From positions 6,507-70,506 of IMG/VR virus record IMGVR_UViG_2700988937_000001: 64,000 nt of DNA, one strand, 5' to 3'. The notes under the pieces are model-generated. The model was not told the DNA's origin and did not search any database. It saw nothing but the letters and a program-made list of their open reading frames with translations. Source of the DNA: a virus (lineage: Duplodnaviria; Caudoviricetes). Made by a program: the position numbers and the translations under genes. Shown piece by piece: positions 8,865-19,600 of this stretch (position 1 is the stretch's first letter; each line of letters opens with the position of its first letter).

Positions 8865-9551
8865 ATGGGCCGATTTGTTGATTTGAATCAACGTCTCTCG
8901 GAAGAGGATAAAGCGTATCTGCGCTCTCGCGGTCGTGGTTATCTGATCCCGGCGAACGAGCGTCGATTCGGCACGAACGAAAATCCGCGTGAGCCTGAAG
9001 AGCACGAGCAGGCAGGACAAAATGCGATTTCTCCGTTCTACCAACCGGAAGATCGCGAGGCTGCGGTTTATGACAAGGGTGGTGCTCCACTCCCCGGCAC
9101 TGTTTTGGATTACAACACTGGACGTGTTGCGGATCGTGAAAACGGAAAGCTCGTGGAGTTCACCGGGCCAGGTCATACTCCTGGTGCCTTCGATCTTCAA
9201 AGCACACGAGGCTTGGAATATGCCGAAGGTGGATTCGTCGGATACGATGTCGATGAAAATGGCAATCCCGTTGACGACGAAATTGATGAAGACATCGTTG
9301 CGCATGTTCTCGCCGTGTCGAACGTTACGGCTCTGAAGAAGGAAATCAAGGAACGCGGTGGTGAATATGATTCTGACGCGAAGCGTCAGGATTTGGAAAA
9401 CACCCTCGCCATTCTTCTTCAGGATTTGCGCGATGCGGGCAATGAGCCGTTCGCTTTGCCTGCTCCCGATGGCACCAGCTTCGATTCGACCGGTGCTGGT
9501 TCTGACGGTGCCTACGAAGATGAAGACGAAGAGGACGACGAAACGGAGTAA
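8865..9551 (+). CDS. Acidic protein with a HeH/Rho-N-like motif
   Basis: NVTALKKEIKERGGEYDSDAKRQDL resembles HeH/LEM/Rho-N helices, which are often found after phage MCPs. Confidence 0.6.
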   Translation: MGRFVDLNQRLSEEDKAYLRSRGRGYLIPANERRFGTNENPREPEEHEQAGQNAISPFYQPEDREAAVYDKGGAPLPGTVLDYNTGRVADRENGKLVEFTGPGHTPGAFDLQSTRGLEYAEGGFVGYDVDENGNPVDDEIDEDIVAHVLAVSNVTALKKEIKERGGEYDSDAKRQDLENTLAILLQDLRDAGNEPFALPAPDGTSFDSTGAGSDGAYEDEDEEDDETE

Positions 9552-9553
9552 TT

Positions 9554-9883
9554 ATGGCTGACCAAGCCGCAATTACTGCCGTAAAACTTCAGATTCCCGA
9601 AGAGGCGTCAGACCTGGGTTTCGATGATGCAGCCATTGGCTCATTGTTGGACTCAGGTCTAACGCAATCCAAGGCCATTCTTGCGGTTTTACGCGGTATG
9701 AGTGCCAAGGCAGTGGGAATGGCTACGTCCATTTCTGAAAACTCATCGTCTCGAAGCATCAATTTCTTTGACAATCTTCGCCAGCTCATTGATATCTGGA
9801 CGAAAGTTGTTGCCGACGAAGATGTGCAGGCAGGCAACAATGTCAAAGAGGGTGCCCGAATCTACACGGCAAATAGGGTATAG
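9554..9883 (+). CDS. Head-to-tail adaptor (putative)
   Basis: Size, helical composition and synteny. Confidence 0.6.
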   Translation: MADQAAITAVKLQIPEEASDLGFDDAAIGSLLDSGLTQSKAILAVLRGMSAKAVGMATSISENSSSRSINFFDNLRQLIDIWTKVVADEDVQAGNNVKEGARIYTANRV

Positions 9884-10255
9884 ATGACTACCGCCGTTGA
9901 GCTGACATTGCAGCGTAGAGCGACAACGCAATTCATTTCCGCTAAGCCAAAAGATATCGTGCTGAAGCGGAGAACAAAGTCGTTCGTCGGCGGTACCTTG
10001 AAAAATATCACGATGCCGGATCGGGCAAGCCAGACTTTTAGAATTATCTTTCTCGAAGAAACCGGAATTCATGAACCACCACCAGAAGGAACACGCCGTT
10101 TCGATTTCGCCCTCGTCGGTGAATACGATGCAGAAGTTTCTATCGGAGATTTTTGGCAAGAGGGAAGCCAAGAGTTCGAGATAACGGCGATTTCTCCCTC
10201 AAACGGATGGGAGGTCAAGGCTTATGGAATCAGTCACGGGCCAAAGCCTACATGA
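9884..10255 (+). CDS. Head-to-tail stopper (putative)
   Basis: Beta-rich, with a 'GD.W.....FEI' pattern; synteny. Confidence 0.6.
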   Translation: MTTAVELTLQRRATTQFISAKPKDIVLKRRTKSFVGGTLKNITMPDRASQTFRIIFLEETGIHEPPPEGTRRFDFALVGEYDAEVSIGDFWQEGSQEFEITAISPSNGWEVKAYGISHGPKPT

Positions 10256-10263
10256 ACTGAGAA

Positions 10264-10458
10264 ATGAGACTCCATATGCGTGTCTTAGCTGCGGCTGCGA
10301 TTGTTCTCACTACCCTATTGCTGTGCCTGGCGGGTATATCTGTAATGGTTGCAACAGTGGATTTAGCTTCCAGATTTCATTTGAAGAGAGCCGAAACTCC
10401 CCCTTCCCTCGTCCTCGTAAAGGGAACAGAGCATGGCGAAGGTAGGGCTGGAATATAA
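10264..10458 (+). CDS. Small putative membrane protein
   Basis: Hydrophobic N-terminal stretch; fills the gap between connector genes. Confidence 0.4.
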   Translation: MRLHMRVLAAAAIVLTTLLLCLAGISVMVATVDLASRFHLKRAETPPSLVLVKGTEHGEGRAGI

Positions 10459-10801
10459 TGACAAGCTACTCCGACGAAATATCAAAAACTTCGACCGTAA
10501 CGTTAAGTCTGCCGTCAGAGCAACAGTTGATCGCAGGGCCGCAATAACTCAAGCTGACTTACGAAACGGTGCCCGTTGGACAGATAGAACAGGAGCCGCA
10601 AGAAGCGGTCTTATGGCAATCCCTGTCTCTCTTTCCAACGCAGAAGAAATCTTCATGGCGTACTCAGTTACATATGGAATATGGCTGGAGGTCGCCCATG
10701 ATCGCAAATATGCAATTATTACTCCTATGATGAGAATTGCCGGGGAAGCCCTCATGAATGATCTGCAATATTTGCTTGACAGATTGGGGGAGTTTCAGTG
10801 A
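10433..10801 (+). CDS. HK97 gp10-like neck/tail completion protein
   Basis: A.WTDRTG.AR.GL and Y..WLE motifs. Confidence 0.75.
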   Translation: MAKVGLEYNDKLLRRNIKNFDRNVKSAVRATVDRRAAITQADLRNGARWTDRTGAARSGLMAIPVSLSNAEEIFMAYSVTYGIWLEVAHDRKYAIITPMMRIAGEALMNDLQYLLDRLGEFQ

Positions 10802-11199
10802 ATCCAATCCTGCTGTACAACAAGCTTAATGCGATTCTTCCCGGCAGAGTTTATGAGTCACAGTCGTTGGATTCTCGTCCACATAACGATGGCTACTTTA
10901 TCACCGTCAATATGGAAGAATTGACCATTTCGAATTCAGCGATTTCCCGTGGTCCCCGCACAGTGACGATCGCAGTGCATCATCCAAGATCGGGAGATGC
11001 AGATTATGCGCCGATCACAAATTACTTGAATCAAATTGATTCGGCTCTTTTGCCCATCGAAAATGAAATGGGTGCCGATAATGTTAGGGTATCTCAGGTC
11101 GCCAGGGGTGGCCGATCAGGTAACCTTATTGACGAGGGCTGGAATACGATCACCCGAAACGCGACATACCGCGTGTCCTATGACGAATACGCCGTGTGA
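10798..11199 (+). CDS. Tail terminator (putative)
   Basis: Size and synteny before the major tail gene. Confidence 0.6.
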   Translation: MNPILLYNKLNAILPGRVYESQSLDSRPHNDGYFITVNMEELTISNSAISRGPRTVTIAVHHPRSGDADYAPITNYLNQIDSALLPIENEMGADNVRVSQVARGGRSGNLIDEGWNTITRNATYRVSYDEYAV

Positions 11200-11241
11200 C
11201 CGGATATGATGGCACACGACGACCTAGAAGGAGTCCCCCAG

Positions 11242-11628
11242 ATGGCGAACACACCCCGCACGAGCGCCGGTACCCGCGACGTGGCTGGTGAGGCCGCTCC
11301 CCTGTCGCCGGAAGAGCAGAGCAGCATCCTTGCCTCTGATGTCGCTGACACGACCAAAAAGGCCAAGGTTTCTGTTCCGAAGGGAAAGCGAATTCGCGCA
11401 ATTCCCACGAACATCACCCGTAGCGGTGATGTGGGAACCACGGTGGAAATTCGAGCCGAGGATTTCCAGCGTAAGGGAATCGAACATCACACGATTCGTT
11501 TCGATTTCCGAAACAACAGTTACATTCTTCCTGTCGGCGATGGTGAGGGTAAGGTTTCCGAAGAGGCCGCAAATTTCCTGACTTCGAACTACCCGACTTC
11601 GTTCGAGTTCATGGGCGGCAGTGAGTAA
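11242..11628 (+). CDS. Hypothetical virion-module protein
   Basis: GAAGGAG RBS before ATG 11242. Confidence 0.65.
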   Translation: MANTPRTSAGTRDVAGEAAPLSPEEQSSILASDVADTTKKAKVSVPKGKRIRAIPTNITRSGDVGTTVEIRAEDFQRKGIEHHTIRFDFRNNSYILPVGDGEGKVSEEAANFLTSNYPTSFEFMGGSE

Positions 11629-11633
11629 GTAAT

Positions 11634-11852
11634 GTGCCTGAGATTCGATGCAAACATAAGTTGCACGCAGAGGTTTCAGAAGAGGCCTCTGGGACTCTTT
11701 TCAAATACTGCGACAGTAAGTTTTGCAAAGAATTCGGGAACGAAGTTGTCATTCATGAATTCGATTTAGCAAAAGTAAGCGAAAACGGAATCATCTACCC
11801 GACTGACACGAAACGGTATAAAAGACCGGAAGTGAGAGGAATCAACAAATGA
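11634..11852 (+). CDS. Small Cys/His-containing protein
   Basis: CxxxxH ... CxxxxC ... H pattern; ATGA overlap with the major tail gene. Confidence 0.6.
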   Translation: MPEIRCKHKLHAEVSEEASGTLFKYCDSKFCKEFGNEVVIHEFDLAKVSENGIIYPTDTKRYKRPEVRGINK

Positions 11853-12697
11853 CCGCACCTGTTGCCGATGGTCTGCCGTATGGTGTGCGCGACATCAAGC
11901 TCACACAATACCTGGACGCACTCGGAATGGTTCTCGGCCCGACTTCTGTCGATCTGCCGTATATCCAAACTCTGAACTTCACCGAGGCCGAGGAATTCTC
12001 GGAACTGCGAGGCGATGACAAGCTCATCACCACTCGTGGCCGTGGTTCTTCGGTGAACTGGGATTTGGAATCGGGCGGTATTTCGATTGCCGCTTGGGCC
12101 ATTTTCACTGGTGGTTCGGTGATTGAGCGTGGCCTGGCTCCTGATCGCGAGGTCGAACTTCAAAAGAAGGCGACCCAGCCCCGTCCGTGGTTCCGCATCG
12201 ACGGCAAGATCATTTCCGATTCTGGTGGCGATGTGCTCGTTCGCATTTATCGTTGCCGTGCAAACGGTGATATCAGCGCCGGATTCACCGATGGCGAGTT
12301 CACGACTTCGAGCGTGACCGGCGTTGGTTATCCGCTGTTGGACGACACGAACGATCTTCTCTACTCGATCTTCCGTCGCGAAACCTCCAAGTCGCTGACT
12401 CTGACTCCAGACCCGAATCCACTTCAGTCTCCGCTGAATTTGTCGGTTGGCACTGTCACCGATGATGATGCAGAAGTGACCTGGACGCCGGTTGTCGGTG
12501 CTGAAGAGTACAAGGTCGAATATTCGACTTCTCCGTTCTCATCTTGGACGACGCTTACTCCGAATCCCACAGTTGCGAATGCGACTCTCGCATCTCTTAC
12601 GGCAAGCACGCTGTACCGGGTTCGAGTTTCGACCATCAAGGGTTCGCAAACTTCCGATCCCTGCCCGTACGTTACCTTCACCACAGCCAGCGGTTAA
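11849..12697 (+). CDS. Major tail protein with a C-terminal fibronectin-III (Ig-like) domain
   Basis: LPYGVRDIKL...LRGDD tail-tube pattern; C-terminal 'VTWTPVVGAEEYKVEY...LTASTLYRVRV' is an FN3 signature. Confidence 0.85.
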   Translation: MTAPVADGLPYGVRDIKLTQYLDALGMVLGPTSVDLPYIQTLNFTEAEEFSELRGDDKLITTRGRGSSVNWDLESGGISIAAWAIFTGGSVIERGLAPDREVELQKKATQPRPWFRIDGKIISDSGGDVLVRIYRCRANGDISAGFTDGEFTTSSVTGVGYPLLDDTNDLLYSIFRRETSKSLTLTPDPNPLQSPLNLSVGTVTDDDAEVTWTPVVGAEEYKVEYSTSPFSSWTTLTPNPTVANATLASLTASTLYRVRVSTIKGSQTSDPCPYVTFTTASG

Positions 12698-12775
12698 AAC
12701 ATTCGGCGCGGTCCCGACGCTTGAAATATCGGGCAACCCCAAAAATAACATTTCAGGGCGCCCAAGGAGGCCGAA

Positions 12776-13336
12776 ATGGCAAAGCAAATCTCGACCAAGT
12801 GGAAGAAAAACAAAGGCTTCAAGAAGCCTTTTGATTACACACTTGAAGACGGTAGCCAAACCGTAACGATTCGTCGGCTTGATATGCCCGATCTTCTGAA
12901 ACTCGGAATCGCCAACGAACTTGATTTCATGTCAAAGGCTCTCATGGGCAATAGCGTCAAGGATGAGGCCAGGGCGAAAGAAATCATCGCAGAGGCGACG
13001 AAAGAAGCCGACAATCTCGCCCGCATGGAGACAATGATCAACAAAGTTGTCGTGGCGGGTGTCATCGATCCGAACATTTACCCGGTTCCGATTCCTGCGG
13101 ATGAAAACGAAATTATTGTCCGCAACGAAGAAGTTATGTACGTGGATGAAATTCCGTGGGATGACCGCATGGAATTGTTTGGGGTGATCTTCGAATCCGA
13201 AGGGTTGTCTGACTTTCGCGAAGAACAAGAGCCTGGTGTGGGAAACGTGGCAGATGTGCAAACAGTACAATTGCCTGCCGACGGACCTATGGCCGATGTA
13301 CCATCCGGAGACACCGAAAGGGTTCTACCTCAATAG
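12776..13336 (+). CDS. Tail assembly chaperone (G)
   Basis: Lies between major tail and tape measure; GGAGG RBS. Confidence 0.8.
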   Translation: MAKQISTKWKKNKGFKKPFDYTLEDGSQTVTIRRLDMPDLLKLGIANELDFMSKALMGNSVKDEARAKEIIAEATKEADNLARMETMINKVVVAGVIDPNIYPVPIPADENEIIVRNEEVMYVDEIPWDDRMELFGVIFESEGLSDFREEQEPGVGNVADVQTVQLPADGPMADVPSGDTERVLPQ

Positions 13337-13595
13337 GGGAGTTTTCTATTTCGGTCGCAAGATCGAAAATGAAATGCAACAAGCAGAAAACCAATCGAGA
13401 AAGAACCGAAAGCCAGGACCAGGGACCGACAGATTGGCGAACGCTGCGAGACTTCGAGTTCTCGAAAAGTATCTAGGCGTTCCTGTAAAACGTCACAGAG
13501 ACCCCGGCAATGTGACGAACACGAATCCCTTTACGCAAGGGAGGGGTTCTGAACAGAAAAAGGATGAATCGGTAGTTGTAATGCGTGGATTCTAA
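13215..13595 (+). CDS. Tail assembly chaperone downstream (T) frame, probably reached by frameshift
   Basis: Overlapping frame open 13188-13595, in +1 relative to G; protein-like from FAKNKSLVWETW. Confidence 0.65.
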   Translation, partial: FAKNKSLVWETWQMCKQYNCLPTDLWPMYHPETPKGFYLNRGVFYFGRKIENEMQQAENQSRKNRKPGPGTDRLANAARLRVLEKYLGVPVKRHRDPGNVTNTNPFTQGRGSEQKKDESVVVMRGF

Positions 13596-13610
13596 GAAAG
13601 GTGGTGAACA

Positions 13611-16600
13611 GTGCCCAACGATAATCTGGGTACCGCTCACGGTAGAATTCGCATTACGTATGAAGGCAAGGGTGCTGACAAAGCCAATGCCGCACTAATC
13701 AAGATGGCTGCTCAGATGGAGCAGATGAACAAACGTCTTGAGCAAGTGCAAGGGGCTTTGGAAGAATCCAATTCTGAGCTGAATCGCACTTCCAAGGAGA
13801 TGCGTAAAGCTGGGAAGTCCAGCACCATCTTCTCTACCGACATTCTTCGCACTCACCGACGCATTCGCACTTTCCGTAATGAGGTCGGTTATCTCCGAGA
13901 CGACTTGAAGTCTCTTGGTCGTTTTGCACAATCGACCCGAACAAACTTCAATCGTCTTGGAATGGCGATGCGGGTGTTCAATCGTGCTGGTCAATTTAGT
14001 GGTGACCAACAGGTTGCAATTTTCCGCGCTATGTCAGTGTCAATGGCTGAGCTGGCAGCCAGGACCAAGGGTACCGCACAGACAATCCATAACTTTACGC
14101 ACAGCACACTGCGTCTTGGGAATCGTCTAGCCGGTACTCAATCTGCGGTTACGCTACTTGGCTCTGCTTACCTTGGCCTGCGCAATAAAATTTTCGGTGT
14201 TCAGCAGGCGATTGATAAATCGCCAGGTTGGGTCCGAAAAATGCATAATGTCACAATCGCTGTCGGCGCATTGTCCGGCGCGATGGGCATTCTCGGTCTA
14301 GCAATTCGACGGTTTGGGTTGCTGGAAAAACTGGCGCGAGCCGGTGTCTTCAAGGTTCTCGCGAATGGCGCGCACGGTGGGGCGACTGCCTTCCGTAGAT
14401 TCGGTAAAGTCACCGAATCCGTTTTCGGTAAGGATTACTTCTCTGGTTTTGTTCGCCGCTTGCTTCGTGCTGAAAACTCTCTAGATGAATTTGCGAAGAA
14501 CGCTGACAATCTTTTCCATCGAGTTGGCGTTCGAATTACCGCAAACGCAGCCGGTATGCGTAAGTGGGCAACTGAATCTAAGAGCCTTGTTGCCGGTATC
14601 GCTTTGGCAGTTAGCTCGCTGACGAATCTCTGGGGAAGACTGCAATGGTTCTTCAAACTCCCCAAGCCTCTGCTGGCGGGTTTGGCGATATTCTTCTCGC
14701 GAGTTTTGCCCAGTGCGCTTTATGCAACCGGGAAGGCTTTGGTATCAACTTCTAATTTCATCACCGGTCTTTGGGATGGAATTAAGGTTTTGACAAAGGG
14801 CCTCACGGTTCTGCCGGGTATTTTGGCAGGAATCGCTGCCGGTGTCACTTCGCTGATTCCGGTGTTTTCTGGTCTCAAGGATGCTTTTAAAGACGTCTTT
14901 TCTGAAGATCCGCAAAAAGCATGGGAAGCTTATTCCAAACTTCCGGCTCATTTGCGCCCGATAGCTGATGCGATTCGCAAGTTCATTCCTGTGTGGCAGA
15001 ACTTGCAGACTCGGCTTCAATCCTTTGCTTTCGCTGGTGTTGAAAAGCAAATGGAGTCTCTTGGAAACACCTACTTCCCGATTTTGGAAAAGGGTGCGCT
15101 GCGTGTCGTTGGGGCGCTGCGTAATGCCAAGGATCGCGTTGTCGAGTTCATGCAACAGGCCGACACGCAAGCTGAAATTAGCAATATTTACGGAGACCTG
15201 GCTCAAGGTCTCAATCAAATGGCCGATGCGATCAAGCCGGTTTTGACTGGCCTGAAAGATATGGCAGCGGTTGGTTCTGAATTTTTGCAGACCAACTCTG
15301 TTTGGGTCACGATTCTTTCCGAGCGTTTCCGTGATTGGGCGAGCGTTAATCGTCAAAACGGAAACATGGCAGCATGGATGAGTCAAGCCCGCCAGGGTGC
15401 GTTTGATCTTGGCAAGGGTCTTATCGATCTGACGAAATCAGCCTATCGTCTCATTACGCTTTTCGCAGATCGTAACTCTGGCGCTGATTTCCTGGATCGT
15501 TTCGCAGACGCGATGGAGCGTTTGAATCAGCGCATTGAAGATAGTGCGGCAACAGGTTTCCTGCGTGATCTTCGAGAGGGCGTTCGTGAACTTGGCGAAA
15601 AGAGGATGGACGACCTCATTCGCCTTTGGAAGATTTTCCGAGATACGATAGAGGCTGTCGCTCCGTTCGTTCAACAGATTTCGGATTCATTTACGAACAT
15701 CTTCATTCCGGCTGCCGACAGAGCTTTGTGGATTATCCAACAATTCATCAACGCTCTAGATGCAACCGGTTTGACTCGATTCATCGGCTGGATTCTCGGT
15801 GCCGCCGCTGCGGTTCGACTTCTGCCGAAGGTTTACTCAACAGCGATCACCGCTGCAAAACTGTTCGGTGCAACGTTCTTCATTCTTCGCGATAAGCAAA
15901 AGGTTATCGCTGGCATCACCAAGGCAATGACATTCCTTGGTGGAGCGATGGAGAAGCTTGGTCCTCTTGGTAGGACTGTTGGAAATGGTTTGGTCAATGT
16001 TGGTGTTGCTGCCGAAAAGTCTGCGAGTCTCATCGGTAAACTTGCCGGTGGTTTGCTTTATGGCGGCACTGCGATTCTTACGTTTATCGCAATCGTCAGC
16101 GAGTACAACCAGACCGCCGAAGAGTTCGATAAGCAACTCGAACAGAATCGCAGAAGTGTTAATGAGTTCGGTCAGGAACTTCGCAAGTCGTTTGTAACTG
16201 ATCGTGGCATGGTCGGCAAGTCTGTTCTGGACGCTGTGTCTCAGAGCCTTGACGACATGATGAATAACCTCAACAACACTGTTGATAAAGCTCCGAGTTT
16301 GTGGGAGCACTTGGGAGACATTTTCTCTCGTCCGTTTGAGCGTCAACGGAACTCCCCGGTTCAGACTGGCATTCTTGAAATCGACTCGCTTTTTGCTGAG
16401 TCTGATGAAATCAATCAACGTCAAGCTGAGGGCGCAGCGGCTGACTTGGCTCGCGCCAAGATTCAACAGCTCAAAGATGCGAATGTTGATCTTGTCAAAG
16501 TTATGTCGGGTTCCGACATTGCGTTTGATGCTTTTATCGATGATCTTCGCACGCAAGGTCAAGAGGGAAATGAAGCCGCAAAGGTACTTGAAGAGTACCG

Positions 16601-19600
16601 TCGAAAGTTCACCCAGGTCGAACGTGACATGCGTGAACTTGGCCCTGCTGGTGCAGCGGTTAAAGAGGGTATGCGGCAAATTTCAGAAGCCGCTGCTGAT
16701 GCAAGTCAAAAGCTCGATGGTTTGCGACTCGTCCTTGAAGGTCTCGGTTATCTTAAGGTAAATACTCTTCGGGCAACCGCAGAGTATCAAGAGGCTATTC
16801 AAACGATGGCCGACAGGATCACTGAATCCCTCGTCGGCCTTACCGATGCGCAAGACGCGTGGGGCGAAAGCGGCATCAACCTCAAGAGCGACGCTGGCCG
16901 AGCGATTCTCGATACGCTTATTCCGCTCAGTGACAAATTCCAGGCTCTTGCAGCCAGTGGAAAAGATGTCAATGAGATGTGGGCCGAAATGGCTCCTCAG
17001 ATTGACGACACTGTTGCAGCTCTGCAAAACGCCGGTGTTCAAATCACCAAGGAACAATTCGTAGACTTTCTGCAAAAGAGTCTCGGTATCGCCCCGGTGC
17101 CGATTGCGATTGCTCTCCAAACCGGCGATGGCAGTGATGTTGCCGAAGCCATGAAGCAAGTTATGCTTTCGCTTCAGGGTCTTGCTGACAATGGCATCTT
17201 CGTCCCGATTAACTTTGACGATCCCGAAGACACAAACCGAATCGACAAAAAGCTCGAAGAGGTTCTTGGTCGGGATATCACCGATGTCAGCGGAACGAAC
17301 TTGGTTCTCAAGCCTGGCATTAAGCTTGAACCGACTGACGTTCAACGTCTTCGTCAAGAGCTGATTAATCTTGGCTTCCAATTCCCAAATGAAGCTGCGC
17401 CGCAAAATCCGGCTACGATTCCCACACAAGTTGTTCCGCCGAATCCCGTAACTGCACCGGGTTCAGAACAACAACCGTCGAATTCTGCACAACAGATTCT
17501 TGAAGATTTCATCGGTCAAGCTAAGGATGCTGTCGATGAAGCTGGCAAGGATAATCAAACCAAGGGAAACTCTTTCTCAGAAGATTTCGCTCGCGGTATT
17601 CGTGACGGAATCCCTGCGATTGACAAGGCCGCAAAAGATGCCGCCGACGCTGCTGCGAAAAAGATGCCGGGTTCTCCCGCAAAGGAGGGTCCGCTGTCGG
17701 GACGCGGTTGGTCGCGTTACGGTGGTGAAGCGTTCTCGCGAGATTTCGCTTACGGTATTCGCAGTCGTACCGGCGAAGTTGGTTCTGCTGCGGAAGGCGT
17801 GGCGGGTGCTGCATCTTCGGGAATTGGTCGGGCTGGCGACAAAAATTACCAAGCTGGACAGTATCTTGGTCAGCTTACGCAGATGCTTGACTTTTTCGAG
17901 AATGCGACAAACGCTTTTGGAAAACTCGCAGAAACAATCCTCGGATTTGCAAAGTTCGCTTCTGACCCACTGGGCAAGGGAACGTTCTTCGGAAAACGCC
18001 CGCGTTGGGTTCGTGACCCGAATATTTCTGATGCAGAACTTGCCCGCCAACGGCAGGATGCAGCACAGCAACGTGCGTTTAGCTTCTACGGAAGCGGTCG
18101 CCGCCCTGACGTTTACGATCCTCGCACAGGTCGTATTCGTGGAGCTGCACCCGGCAATCTTGCGCCGAACGCTGGAAAACAAGATATCGCCAACTACATC
18201 ATTCAAAAGGCGATGTCCGAGGGGTATTCGCGAGAGCAAGCCAACATGTTTGTTGTGCAGGCTGTCGGTGAATCTGGACTTGACCGAAACAGCAAGAGTC
18301 CCAATGGTTTGTGGACGGGTATTTTTCAGTTCGATGCTCCGACGTGGGAAGACGCCGGTGGTGGAAATATCACCAATCCGCAAGAGAACATTGATAACTA
18401 CTTCAACCTTGCGCGAATCCGTGGCCTGACTCCCGAGAACTTCCGTTCGGGAACTCAGCTTGGAGAACAAGTTTCCATCGGTGGCCCTTGGCATCCTGAT
18501 AATGCTGCAAAGGGCGATCTTGCGGCAGCCCAAAAGAATGCTCAAGACTTCATCAAAAACTACCAGGAAAACGTTGGTCAGTATGTTGATGGAATTGTCT
18601 CCGGCATTCCTGCTGCAATCGGAAACCTGCCTGAGCCTAAGAAACTGAAAACTGGGCCAGGTCTTGAGCCGAACGCTCAGATAGTTGCTGCAATTCTCGA
18701 AGCGCAATTCCCGGGAATTACACAAATAGGCGGTCAAAGCAATCGACCTGCTGGTACTCCGCAGATGCACACCAAGGGCCGCGCTCTTGACGTGGGCATT
18801 GGAAGCGATCTTTCTCTGGGTGACGCAATCAACGAATTCTTGATTGCGAACGCAGAGCAATTCGGTATTCAGTCAACAATTTGGCGAAACAAAGGCTTGA
18901 ATCTTGTCGCCAATGAGGGTGGTGGACCTGGCACAACTTACACCGCTGAGGGACACTACGATCACGTCCACGTTCAGTTCGCTGACGGTGGGAAGATGGA
19001 CATTGGCCCTGACGGGACAACGTTCAAGATTCCTGCAAACTCTCCGTATGCTGGTGCTGATTTTGGTCTGCCTCCTACGCCCGAAGAGCTTGCAAATCCC
19101 CCGGCTCCGAAAGAGCTGGTTGTTCGCAATCCCGATGGAACTTTTTCGCCGGTTCACGGCACCGGTGATCAGCCGGGACCGATGGATATCAACCCCGCGA
19201 CTGGTCGTCCTTGGACACCGGAAGAGGCAAGCGAATTCTGGAATCGTCCTGAAAACGCGCTGCAATATGACAAGTCGATCCTTAAGCCTGGCGATCTGGA
19301 CCAAAACGGAATTTTCCAAGGTACAGAGGATCAGCTTGAAGAGGCTCTGAAGAATAACAATCCCTCTTTGGCCGAGGCGATTGCGACAGCGCAAAACGAA
19401 AACGCATCCAATGAGGACGTTGCGAACGCGCTGAGTGTTATTGAAGATGAAGCAGAGCGTCAAAAGCAACTTGATACTCCGCAGAGTCGTGCGCAATCTA
19501 AATTTCTTGAGGGAGTTGTTTCTGACGCTGCAAGTGAGCGTGGGCTTGCAAAGGAACAAAATCCGATTGATCAAGCTATGGAAATAGCGGGCGCAGCTAC

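Noticed and set aside
13240-13246. G_GGA_AAC as the canonical -1 chaperone slippery site
   Set aside because: The -1 frame product (GKRGRCANSTIACRR...) looks non-coding and stops early; the protein-like ORF is in the +1 frame.
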